Part shown: positions 1 to 8,374 of the stretch, in pieces
Layout of the letters: each line of letters opens with the position of its first letter
Position numbering within the stretch: position 1 is the first letter of the stretch
Assembly: GCA_965201155.1 (NCBI GenBank)
Contig: OZ241752.1
Coordinates: forward strand, 2,127,047-2,191,046
DNA: 64,000 nucleotides
Direction: 5' to 3'
DNA from: Alphaproteobacteria bacterium
GTDB taxonomy: Bacteria > Pseudomonadota > Alphaproteobacteria > UBA7887
Notes under the pieces: model-generated
What the model saw: the letters and a program-made list of their open reading frames with translations, nothing else
Told to the model about the DNA's origin: nothing
Database searches by the model: none
Program-made: the position numbers and the translations under genes

Positions 1-28
1 GGGCGGCGCCTGACCGGCGCGCGGCCCC

Positions 29-436
29 TCAGCGTGGGCGGAACGCTTCGTCAGGAACCACCTGCAGGCCGTCGACAATGCTGTTGGTCTGGTTGAACAG
101 GCCGATCACGCCTATGAGTTCGCCCAGCATTTCATCGTCAAGGCCGAGCTTGCGCGCGGCGGCGGTGTGCGACCGCACGCAATATTCGCAGCCATTGGTC
201 GCGCTGACGGCGATGGCCACGATCTCCTTGGTCAAGGGGTCGAGGCGTCCCGGCGCCATGACTTCGTCAAGCTGGTTCCAGATTCGCTCCAGAGTGGGCG
301 GATGGGCGGCGATGGTCTTCCAGAAATTGGGTATGAAGTCGATACCCCGCCGCGTCATGATGCGGTCATAGACTGCGCGCACCCGTTCGTCGGCATCCTC
401 ATATTCGACCATCGGCACGGTCGGTCCCATTGTCAT
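29..436 (-). CDS. Carboxymuconolactone decarboxylase / AhpD-like family protein
   Basis: 135-aa ORF. It has the AhpD-type core with a CxxC..H signature (NGCEYCVRSH), and its size is typical for the CMD family. Confidence 0.7.
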   Translation of the reverse strand: MTMGPTVPMVEYEDADERVRAVYDRIMTRRGIDFIPNFWKTIAAHPPTLERIWNQLDEVMAPGRLDPLTKEIVAIAVSATNGCEYCVRSHTAAARKLGLDDEMLGELIGVIGLFNQTNSIVDGLQVVPDEAFRPR

Positions 437-477
437 GTCGGTGTTCTCCCGGTTTCTGATCCGCTCGGCCTGTACCC

Positions 478-1203
478 CTAATACATGTGCTGGCCGCCGT
501 TGATCGACAGGGTAGAGCCGGTGATGAAGCCGGCGTCATCGGCTACCAGAAACACCACGGCGCGGGCGATCTCGTCGGCGCGGCCAAGGCGTCCGACGGG
601 GATGCGTTCGATGATGCGGGTCAGCACCCGTTCCGGAACGGCGGCGACCATGTCGGTGTCGATATAGCCCGGTGCGATGGCGTTGACGGTAATCCCCTTG
701 GCTGCGCCTTCCTGCGCCAGCGCCTTGGTGAAGCCGTGAATGCCCGATTTGGCGGCGGCGTAGTTCACCTGGCCGTATTGTCCGGCCTGGCCGTTGATCG
801 AACCGATATTGACGATGCGCCCGAAGCCGCGCTCCCGCATGCCGTCGATCACAGCGCGCGCCATGTTGAAGCATGAGCCGATATTGGTATCGATGACCGC
901 CTGCCACATGTCGTGGGTCATGCGGTGTATGGTGCCGTCGCGCGTGATTCCGGCGTTGTTGATGAGGACCTCGACGGACCCCAGCGTGTTTGTGATGTCC
1001 GCGATGCCTGCAGCGCACGCGTCGAAATCAGACACGTCCCACTTGAAGACGGGAATGGCGGTTTCAGCGTGGAATGCGCGGGCGCGTTCGTCATTGCCGG
1101 CATAGACCGCGGCAACGCGATAGCCTTCCCGTTCCAGAGCCTGCGAAATTGCGGCGCCGATGCCGCGTGTTCCGCCGGTGACGACAGCAACCCTTCCGGT
1201 CAT
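478..1203 (-). CDS. phaB: Acetoacetyl-CoA reductase (SDR family, PHB synthesis)
   Basis: 241 aa. N-terminal TGGTRGIG Rossmann motif, YAAAK catalytic motif, and the PGYIDTDM segment characteristic of PhaB-type reductases. Confidence 0.8.
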   Translation of the reverse strand: MTGRVAVVTGGTRGIGAAISQALEREGYRVAAVYAGNDERARAFHAETAIPVFKWDVSDFDACAAGIADITNTLGSVEVLINNAGITRDGTIHRMTHDMWQAVIDTNIGSCFNMARAVIDGMRERGFGRIVNIGSINGQAGQYGQVNYAAAKSGIHGFTKALAQEGAAKGITVNAIAPGYIDTDMVAAVPERVLTRIIERIPVGRLGRADEIARAVVFLVADDAGFITGSTLSINGGQHMY

Positions 1204-1279
1204 GGATGTTCTCCTGTGCGATGGTTTTCGAAGCGCGGAGGCGCGGCTTCATCGGCACAGGATATGGCGTATGCGAACT

Positions 1280-1299
1280 CATTTCGCAACTGCGAAATG
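1280..1299. promoter_or_regulatory. Perfect 9-bp inverted repeat CATTTCGCA-AC-TGCGAAATG upstream of phaB
   Basis: Seen directly, about 77-96 bp upstream of the phaB start at 1203 on the minus strand. There is no T-run after it, so it is more likely an operator than a terminator. Confidence 0.3.
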
Positions 1300-1348
1300 A
1301 CAATCATGTCGTGACTTCGGCAAAACGCCCCCGCGCCGCCGGCAAGGG

Positions 1349-2242
1349 CTATGACGCCGCCGCTTCCTCCCCCGCCTGCGCAGCAAAGATTGACGTATAA
1401 CCGCCCGACCAGTCCGGCGGAATCAGGCACGGGCGCGGGTCATGATGCGCCCAGCGCGCAGCCTCGCCGCGTACGACATGCCGATAATGCCTGGTGCGCG
1501 ACGGGTTGGGGGTATAGGGAAACGCATCGGCGGAACTATAGGCGTTGAGCAGAAGCGGGCGTCCGTCGGCCGCCATGCTGGGCGGAGAGCCGTGCACGGT
1601 GCGGCAGTTGTGCACCGTGATGGACCCCGCAGGACCGGTGAGATGCCGGACCTTGCCGAGGTCAAGCGTTGTCGCGTCTGCGTCCGACAGGCTGCCGGTC
1701 CAGCGGCCTTGCGCGTCATACTGGTCGTAAAGCCGGCCCTCATGACTGCCGGGGATCACCGCAACGGGGCCGTCCTCCATGCCGGCGTCGTAGAGATAGG
1801 CGCCGATCGTCAGCGGGCTGTAGTTGGTGTGGGGGTAGAACTGGATGTCCTGGTGCCACTGCACGCCGTTGCCGGTGCTCGGCCATTTGAAATTGAGCTT
1901 GGAGTGGTGAAACACGACATCCGGCCCGACGAGGTCGGCAGCGACGTCGGCGATCAGCGCGGTTGCGAATTCCCAATAGGTGTCATGCCGCGTGTCGGGC
2001 TCCTTGACGCGCCGGATCATGGGGCGGGCGGCGTCATGGCCCGGGGCGAGGTCGAACACCGCGCCGGATTCGGAGACTGTCCGGCTTTGCTCCACGAACT
2101 CGGCGGTCACCGCACGAAGGCGGTCCAGCCATTCCTCCGGGATCAGCTTTTCCACCATGATATAGCCATCGGTGAAATAGGCTTCGCGCTGTCGGGCGCT
2201 GAGCACGCGCGCCGGGCGGGAAAGGATTTCTTCGGGGGTCAT
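1349..2242 (-). CDS. Phytanoyl-CoA dioxygenase (PhyH) family Fe(II)/2-oxoglutarate oxygenase
   Basis: 297 aa. PhyH-like HxD...H facial triad context (WHQDIQFYP ... GSITVHNCRTVHGS). Confidence 0.65.
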   Translation of the reverse strand: MTPEEILSRPARVLSARQREAYFTDGYIMVEKLIPEEWLDRLRAVTAEFVEQSRTVSESGAVFDLAPGHDAARPMIRRVKEPDTRHDTYWEFATALIADVAADLVGPDVVFHHSKLNFKWPSTGNGVQWHQDIQFYPHTNYSPLTIGAYLYDAGMEDGPVAVIPGSHEGRLYDQYDAQGRWTGSLSDADATTLDLGKVRHLTGPAGSITVHNCRTVHGSPPSMAADGRPLLLNAYSSADAFPYTPNPSRTRHYRHVVRGEAARWAHHDPRPCLIPPDWSGGYTSIFAAQAGEEAAAS

Positions 2243-2397
2243 GGCGCTGCCTCCGCGGAGTATTTGTGGATTACGGCTCTCCCCATATATCTTATCGCAG
2301 GCACGGTGCCGGGCGGCAAGCCGCGCAGCAGGCGGGTATCTTGCGCCTGCGCCGGGTCTGACTAGAGTGGCGGCGGCGAAAATCGGAGGGTTGGACG

Positions 2398-3834
2398 ATG
2401 GCGGATCCGGCGCGGCTGGATGACCTGTTTTTTGCGCGCACGGGCATGGACCCCGCGCGTGTCGACTCGCTGGTGGGCGACGCCCTTGACGGCGCCGATG
2501 ACGGCGAACTCTATCTGGAATATTGCCAGACGGAATCGTTCGCCTTTGACGACGGCAAGCTGAAATCCGCCAGTTTCGACACGGCGCAGGGATTCGGGCT
2601 GCGTGCCGTTTCCGGCGAGGCGACGGGCTACGGACATGCGTCGGAGCTCAGCGAAGCCGCCATTCGCCGCGCTGCCGAAACGGTGAAAGCGGTGCGCGGC
2701 GGACATGCGGGGCAGGTGGATGTTGCTCCCGCCGCCACCAACCGCCAGTTCTATACGCCAGACAATCCGCTGGACGCGGTGGCGTTTGCCGACAAGGTGG
2801 CTTTGCTGCAGGAGATCGACTCCTATGCACGCCGGGCGGACCCGCGCGTGCAGCAGGTGATGGCGTCACTCAACGGCAGTTGGCAGGCGGTGGCGATTCG
2901 CCGCGCGGACGGCGCGCAGGCGGGCGATATCCGGCCCTTGCTGCGCCTCAACGTGTCGGTCGTCGTGGAAGGCAACAGGGTACGCGAGACCGGCTCATAC
3001 GGTTCCGGCGGGCGCCATGCCTATGACGTCCTGCTGGCGCCTGAAACATGGCAGGGGCATGTAGATGAGGCATTGCGCCAGGCGCTGGTGCTGCTCGAGG
3101 CCAGGGCGGCGCCGGCGGGGGAAATGCCGGTGGTGCTCGGCCCCGGCTGGCCGGGCATCCTGCTTCATGAAGCCATCGGCCACGGCCTCGAGGGCGACTT
3201 CAACCGCAAGAAAACCAGCGTGTTTGCGGGGCTGATGGGGGAGCGCGTCGGCGCGCCGGGGGTCACGGTGGTCGATGACGGCACGCTGGCCGACCGGCGC
3301 GGCTCGCTCACCATTGATGATGAAGGCACCCCGACCCAATGCACCACGCTGATCGAGGACGGTATTCTGGTCGGCTATATGCAGGACCGGCTGAATGCTC
3401 GGCTGATGGGGACGGTCTCGACCGGAAACGGGCGGCGCGAGAGCTATGCGCACCAGCCCATGCCGCGTATGCGCAACACGATTATGCAGGCCGGCTCGGA
3501 AGCGCCGGAAGATATCATCCGGCGGGTTCCGAAAGGGCTTTACGCGGTCAATTTCGGCGGCGGACAGGTGGACATCACATCGGGCAAGTTCGTGTTCTCG
3601 GCTTCCGAGGCGTATCACATCGAAGACGGCCGGGTGGGCGCGCCGGTCAAGGGCGCGACGCTGATCGGCACCGGCCATGAAGTGCTGAAAAATGTCCGCG
3701 CCATCGGCCATGACATGCGCCTTGACCCGGGCATCGGCACATGCGGCAAGGACGGCCAGGGCGTTCCCGTCGGGGTCGGTCAGCCGACTCTTCTGGTTGA
3801 CGGTTTGACAGTCGGCGGCACCGAAGCCGCCTGA
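2398..3834 (+). CDS. tldD: Metalloprotease TldD
   Basis: 478 aa. Conserved HEAIGHGLEGDFNRKKTSVFAG motif and overall TldD/PmbA architecture. Confidence 0.9.
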   Translation: MADPARLDDLFFARTGMDPARVDSLVGDALDGADDGELYLEYCQTESFAFDDGKLKSASFDTAQGFGLRAVSGEATGYGHASELSEAAIRRAAETVKAVRGGHAGQVDVAPAATNRQFYTPDNPLDAVAFADKVALLQEIDSYARRADPRVQQVMASLNGSWQAVAIRRADGAQAGDIRPLLRLNVSVVVEGNRVRETGSYGSGGRHAYDVLLAPETWQGHVDEALRQALVLLEARAAPAGEMPVVLGPGWPGILLHEAIGHGLEGDFNRKKTSVFAGLMGERVGAPGVTVVDDGTLADRRGSLTIDDEGTPTQCTTLIEDGILVGYMQDRLNARLMGTVSTGNGRRESYAHQPMPRMRNTIMQAGSEAPEDIIRRVPKGLYAVNFGGGQVDITSGKFVFSASEAYHIEDGRVGAPVKGATLIGTGHEVLKNVRAIGHDMRLDPGIGTCGKDGQGVPVGVGQPTLLVDGLTVGGTEAA

Positions 3835-3847
3835 TTTCGTCACCATT

Positions 3848-6019
3848 ATGCTGAACTGCGGCGGCGGCGCGGTGCTGCGCGCCTGTTGCCCGTTCCTGTC
3901 GGGCGTCTTCCTCCTGTGTCTGGTCGCCTGTTTCAGCGCCGCTGCGCAGGCGGGGTACATGGACCCGCTGGAGGCCCGTGTCGACCGCACAGTGCTGGCC
4001 CAGGCTTTTCCCGGCGCCGACTCGATCGGCGCTGTGACCGGCACCCCGCCCCATGCACCGGTGCTGTCAGACGGCGAAGTGGTAGGGCACGTCATGTCCA
4101 CCCACAACACTGTGGGGTCGATAGGGTTTGCCGGCGATACGTTCGATATCGTGGTCGGATTGAAAAACGATTCGACGATTGCCGGCACGGCGTTGCTGGA
4201 ACATTACGAGCCGATTATCGGCCCGAGCGCCATCCGCGCGGACGCGGTGCAGAATTACCTCGACACGCTGTCCGGTCTGCCGGCGGCGCGGCAGACGCGG
4301 GAAAAGAAGCGCGCGTCGCTGGACGGGATTTCGGGTGCTACCGTCAGTTCGAAATTGATGTTCAGTGCGGTCTTTGCATCGGCGCAGCGAACGGCTCTTG
4401 ATACCGGCCTGATCGCGGATAATGCAGCCCGGGGCGGACTCAGCCTTGATCTCGACTACTATGAGGATATGCGGTGGCGGCATCTGGTCGAGCAGGGTGA
4501 GCTCGGCCGACTGCTGGTGACGGAAGGCGAGGCGGCGCAGGCACTCGGGGGGTCGGCATCGCTTGATCCGGCATCCGAACGGGTTTTCGCCGATGTCTAT
4601 GCGGCGATGGTGACGCCTGCCGGCGTCGGACACAATCTGTTCGGGAAGAAATGGCACAATGTGAACATGGCGCAGATCGATCAGGGGGACAGCATCATCC
4701 TGGTCGCTTCGCGTGGGAAGTATGACGCGCTGGGGTCGCGGCAGGCGCTGAGCAGCAGCTTCGACCGCGTCGAGATCATGCAGGGCGAGCGCCGCTACAC
4801 CCTCAACTACAATAACAAGCTGAAACATGCCGGGGTGCAGATGCTGGGCGCCCCCCGTTTGCGCAGCCAGGCGCTGTTCCGCATGCGCGCGCGTGACGGG
4901 TTCGACCCGCTGGCGCCGTGGGCGCTGCATCTGCATGTCGAGCCGCGAGCAGCGGGAGCAGACCCGGCGCAGGAGCCGGCGCTTTTCGTCATGCCCTACC
5001 GTGTGTCGGCGAAGTATGTCGCAGGCGATGATTTCGCGCTTGAAGAAGCGGGGTTCAAGGAACCGGAATATGCACTGGCCGGACAGGTGCGGGTGAGCAC
5101 TCTCAATGAGTGGCAGCACGTCTGGCTGGCGCGCAGCGGCGATATTCTGATCCTGGCGGTGCTGCTCACCGCATTGACGGTGATTCTGGTGTTTCAGAAC
5201 CCGCTCGCGCGCCGGCGGCGGCTGCATGCGGCGGTGCGCTTCGGGTTTCTGGCGTTCGTGCTGGTGTGGCTCGGTTTCTCGAAGGACGCGCAACTGACGA
5301 CGATCAATATCCTGACCTACGCACAGGCGGCGTTTCGCGAAATCGACCCGATCCTCTTTCTTCTCGACCCGTTGATCTTTCTTCTGTCGGTCTATGTGGG
5401 GTTGTCCCTGATCCTGTGGGGGAGGGGGGTGTTTTGCGGCTGGCTGTGTCCGTTCGGCGCCATGCAGGAATTGTCGAACCGGGCGGCGCGCTGGGCCGGC
5501 GTTCGCCAGATCGCTGTCGCGGAAACTGTGCAGGAGCGCCTGTGGGCGGTGAAATATGTGGTGCTGGCGGGGATCACCGCACTGGCTGCGCTGGTGTCGA
5601 TGAACAGCGCCAACGCGGCGGCGGAGGTCGAGCCTTTCAAGACAGCGATCGTTGTCATGTTCGACCGTTCCTGGCCCTATATTGCCTGGGCGGTGGCGTT
5701 GCTGGCGGCCGGGCTGGTGATCGAGCGTTTCTTCTGCCGCTTTCTCTGCCCGCTCGGCGCGGCGCTGGCGGTTCTGGGGCGTCTGCGCCTGCTGAACTGG
5801 CTGAAGCGCCGCCCGCAATGCGGCAATCCGTGCACGATTTGCAAGAGTTCATGCCCGGTCGGCGCGGTCCGCTCCGATGGCGCCATCGACATGAACGAGT
5901 GTTTCCAGTGTCTGGACTGCCAGGTCGATTATCACGACAATACCGTGTGCCCGCCCCTGGTACGCACGCGGAAACAATTGGCGCGTCTGTCGCCAGCGGC
6001 GCCCCCGACTGTTTCCTGA
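3848..6019 (+). CDS. NosR/NirI family membrane FMN-binding / 4Fe-4S protein (orphan)
   Basis: 723 aa. N-terminal signal-like segment, periplasmic FMN-binding domain with a GISGATVSS flavinylation-type motif, and multiple TM helices. C-terminal Cys clusters (CGWLCPFGAMQE; CRFLCPLGA; CGNPCTICKSSCP; CFQCLDCQVDYHDNTVCPP) are typical of NosR ferredoxin-like domains. Starts 14 bp after tldD. Confidence 0.75.
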   Translation: MLNCGGGAVLRACCPFLSGVFLLCLVACFSAAAQAGYMDPLEARVDRTVLAQAFPGADSIGAVTGTPPHAPVLSDGEVVGHVMSTHNTVGSIGFAGDTFDIVVGLKNDSTIAGTALLEHYEPIIGPSAIRADAVQNYLDTLSGLPAARQTREKKRASLDGISGATVSSKLMFSAVFASAQRTALDTGLIADNAARGGLSLDLDYYEDMRWRHLVEQGELGRLLVTEGEAAQALGGSASLDPASERVFADVYAAMVTPAGVGHNLFGKKWHNVNMAQIDQGDSIILVASRGKYDALGSRQALSSSFDRVEIMQGERRYTLNYNNKLKHAGVQMLGAPRLRSQALFRMRARDGFDPLAPWALHLHVEPRAAGADPAQEPALFVMPYRVSAKYVAGDDFALEEAGFKEPEYALAGQVRVSTLNEWQHVWLARSGDILILAVLLTALTVILVFQNPLARRRRLHAAVRFGFLAFVLVWLGFSKDAQLTTINILTYAQAAFREIDPILFLLDPLIFLLSVYVGLSLILWGRGVFCGWLCPFGAMQELSNRAARWAGVRQIAVAETVQERLWAVKYVVLAGITALAALVSMNSANAAAEVEPFKTAIVVMFDRSWPYIAWAVALLAAGLVIERFFCRFLCPLGAALAVLGRLRLLNWLKRRPQCGNPCTICKSSCPVGAVRSDGAIDMNECFQCLDCQVDYHDNTVCPPLVRTRKQLARLSPAAPPTVS

Positions 6020-6059
6020 CCGCGCCGGTGCCGCACTCGTCGTAAATTTTTTGCTTGTG

Positions 6060-6092
6060 CCCTATCGTACATGAAATGAATGTGCTATAGGG
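6060..6092. promoter_or_regulatory. Candidate operator: imperfect inverted repeat CCCTATCGTACA-N9-TGTGCTATAGGG just upstream of the S24-repressor gene
   Basis: Seen directly. Arms at 6060-6071 and 6081-6092 are 10/12 complementary, in an AT-richer 80-bp intergenic segment 7 bp before the ATG at 6099. Confidence 0.3.
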
Positions 6093-6098
6093 GTTTAC

Positions 6099-6983
6099 AT
6101 GCAAACACCAAGTGAACATATCAGGCAAGCGGTGCACGATGCGCTCAAGCGCGAGGCGATGGGCGCGCGGCGCTTCGAGCAGGCGCACGGATTGCGGCCA
6201 TGGTCATTGCGGGGATTGCTGGACCCTGACCGCAAGCAAGTGCCGTCCGTGGACCGCGCTGCCGAAATTTGCGAGGCGTTGGGGCTTGAACTCGCGATCC
6301 ACGGCCCGCAGCAGGAAACCCGAGCGGTTCCCGCCGATCTGGCCCGCGAACTGGGCCTCAGGCCCGGCGCAAGCGTGGATGATGCGGTTCGCGAAGTCCG
6401 CCGCCTCGGGCCGGGCACGAATGCGCATGATGCACCGCATGGCGGGTCCGATCAGGATTCGGTTTCCGGTGAGAACGTCCCGGCGGCGTTGCGGGCGCTG
6501 GTGGCGGATGCCGTCAGGGCGGAAACCCAGTCATTACGCGCGGAGATGCGTGCGCAATTGTCGCCATCCTTCGCGACCCGGCAGATCGAGGTTGTCGAGG
6601 TGGCGGCTGCTGCCGGCGCCGGGGTGGAAGCGGCGGAGGAACAAGTGGTCGGGGCGCTGGCCTTTCGCCGTGACTGGCTGGAAAGCCGGGGGCTGGACCC
6701 GACCCAATGCGTGGTGATCAGCGTGCGCGGTGCCTCGATGGAGCCGACCTTGCCGGAAGGCGCCCGGATTCTGGTGAATCGGAGCAGCCGGCAACCGCGC
6801 GTCAACCGGCTTTATGTGCTGCGCGCAGGTGACGGGTTGATCGTGAAACGCGCCGGCAAGGACCGGGAAGGCGGCTGGCTGCTGGTGAGCGACAATCCGT
6901 CGCCGGATTACCCGGCCCTGCCATGGCCGGACGACGCGGAAATCATCGGCCAGGTTCGCTGGATGGCGCGAACATTTGAATAG
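6099..6983 (+). CDS. XRE-type HTH + S24 peptidase (LexA/CI-like) autocleavable repressor
   Basis: 294 aa. N-terminal HTH (GARRFEQAHGLRPWSLRGLL...VDRAAEICEALGLEL), a long Ala/Arg/Glu-rich linker, and a C-terminal S24 domain with a Ser (VRGASMEPT) / Lys (LIVKRAG) dyad. It is not the canonical alphaproteobacterial LexA architecture. Confidence 0.75.
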   Translation: MQTPSEHIRQAVHDALKREAMGARRFEQAHGLRPWSLRGLLDPDRKQVPSVDRAAEICEALGLELAIHGPQQETRAVPADLARELGLRPGASVDDAVREVRRLGPGTNAHDAPHGGSDQDSVSGENVPAALRALVADAVRAETQSLRAEMRAQLSPSFATRQIEVVEVAAAAGAGVEAAEEQVVGALAFRRDWLESRGLDPTQCVVISVRGASMEPTLPEGARILVNRSSRQPRVNRLYVLRAGDGLIVKRAGKDREGGWLLVSDNPSPDYPALPWPDDAEIIGQVRWMARTFE

Positions 6984-7028
6984 GCGGTGGCCGGGAGCGC
7001 CGGTGCGGACTCACATCGGTGCGCCGTC

Positions 7029-7436
7029 TCAGAAGTTCCTCAGCGCCGGGTGGACTGTTGCCGTTGCCGGGGCCGGCTGCGGCGGCGGGAGGTCGGATGG
7101 AGCCGAGCGCAATATGTCATCAAGCTTGGCGGGGGTTGGCTGCGCAGGCGCCGGCGGGGCCGGTGCCGGTGCAGTGGTCGGCTCCGAGGGTGGCAGTATG
7201 GCCAACTGGCGGCAATGACTCTGTCTGCAAAATATGATTTCGCCGTCGAGGTTATCGATCACGTATATTCCGTAGTCTGAATCCGGGACGACAGTGTAGC
7301 GCTGCGGTTGGCTTTCGGAGGCGGCGGCTGCCGCGCAGAGCAGGGCGCCGGCGAGTCCGGTGGCCAGTGCGGCAGCAGAAATGCGATGGGTCAGCGATCG
7401 GATCATGGTGCGCCTCCTGTGACGGCTATGTTGCAT
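7029..7436 (-). CDS. Hypothetical small secreted protein with Pro/Ala-rich C-terminus
   Basis: 135-aa ORF. The likely true start is the internal Met (MIRSLTHRISAAALATGLAGALLCAAAAA, signal-peptide-like) near 7406. C-terminal PAPAPPAPAQPTP...PPPQPAP repeats. No recognisable family. Confidence 0.4.
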   Translation of the reverse strand: MQHSRHRRRTMIRSLTHRISAAALATGLAGALLCAAAAASESQPQRYTVVPDSDYGIYVIDNLDGEIIFCRQSHCRQLAILPPSEPTTAPAPAPPAPAQPTPAKLDDILRSAPSDLPPPQPAPATATVHPALRNF

Positions 7437-7445
7437 TCCGGTGGT

Positions 7446-8243
7446 TCATTTGGCGGTGAGGCCGCCGTCGAGGACCAGTTCGGCGCCGGTCATCAGCGAT
7501 GAGTCATCCGACGCCAGAAAGACGATCGCGCTCGCCACTTCGTCGGCGCGCCCCTTGCGCCCGATGGGCTGGAATCCGCTGAGAAAATCCCATGCCTTAT
7601 CGTAGTCGGCGTTGTGAAGGTTCATCATTTTCCGCGCCACCTGGGTCATCATGTCGGTTTCGATGATTCCCGGATGTACGGAATTGACACGGATATTGTA
7701 GCCGAGATGGGCGCATTCGAGCGCCGCGGATTTGGTCAGCAGGCGCACACCGCCCTTGGTGGCGCTGTAGCCGCCGCTGAACGGCGAGCCGATCAGGCCG
7801 GCCACCGATGACAGGTTGATGATCGAGCCGGAGGGTCCCTCCGCGCATGTCTCCTTCAGTGCGCGAATGCCGTGTTTCACCCCCAGGAAGACCCCGTCGA
7901 GATTGACGGCGGTCTGCCGCCGCCATTCTTTCAATGACATGTCCTCGAGTGTCCGCTCGACAAACACGCCGGCATTGTTGACCAGAATGTGCGGCCCGCC
8001 ATGGTGCGCGGACGCTTCCGCGAACGCGCGCTGCCAGTCCTCCTCGCGGGTGACATCCAGCACCGCCCATGATGCGGCGCCGCCGCTCGCGCGAATGGCC
8101 GCGGCGGTTTCCTCCCCCGCATCCTCCAGAATGTCGGCCACGATCACCGCAGCGCCTGCGGCCGCCAGCGCTTTGGCGGTTTCCGCCCCGATGCCGCGTG
8201 CACTGCCGGTGACGATCGCCGTTCGTCCCTGCAAATCGGCCAT
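7446..8243 (-). CDS. SDR family NAD(P)-dependent oxidoreductase
   Basis: 265 aa. TGSARGIG Rossmann motif, NAG, S...YSATK catalytic tetrad. Confidence 0.8.
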   Translation of the reverse strand: MADLQGRTAIVTGSARGIGAETAKALAAAGAAVIVADILEDAGEETAAAIRASGGAASWAVLDVTREEDWQRAFAEASAHHGGPHILVNNAGVFVERTLEDMSLKEWRRQTAVNLDGVFLGVKHGIRALKETCAEGPSGSIINLSSVAGLIGSPFSGGYSATKGGVRLLTKSAALECAHLGYNIRVNSVHPGIIETDMMTQVARKMMNLHNADYDKAWDFLSGFQPIGRKGRADEVASAIVFLASDDSSLMTGAELVLDGGLTAK

Positions 8244-8374
8244 GGATTCCCTCCCGCAAGATGCGTCCCGGTTGCGGCATCATATCACGGCGTCCCGACA
8301 TCACTGCCGGGATCGATACCGCGCGCTTGCGTGTGCTAGAGTGAGGCTGCGCCGGAGGGCCGGAGGAAGCGCCG

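Noticed and set aside
6099-6983. Calling the S24 repressor the SOS regulator LexA
   Set aside because: Its XRE-type HTH plus long linker differs from the LexA winged-helix N-terminus. No GTTC-N7-GTTC alpha-type SOS box is evident upstream. It is kept as a generic CI/LexA-like repressor.
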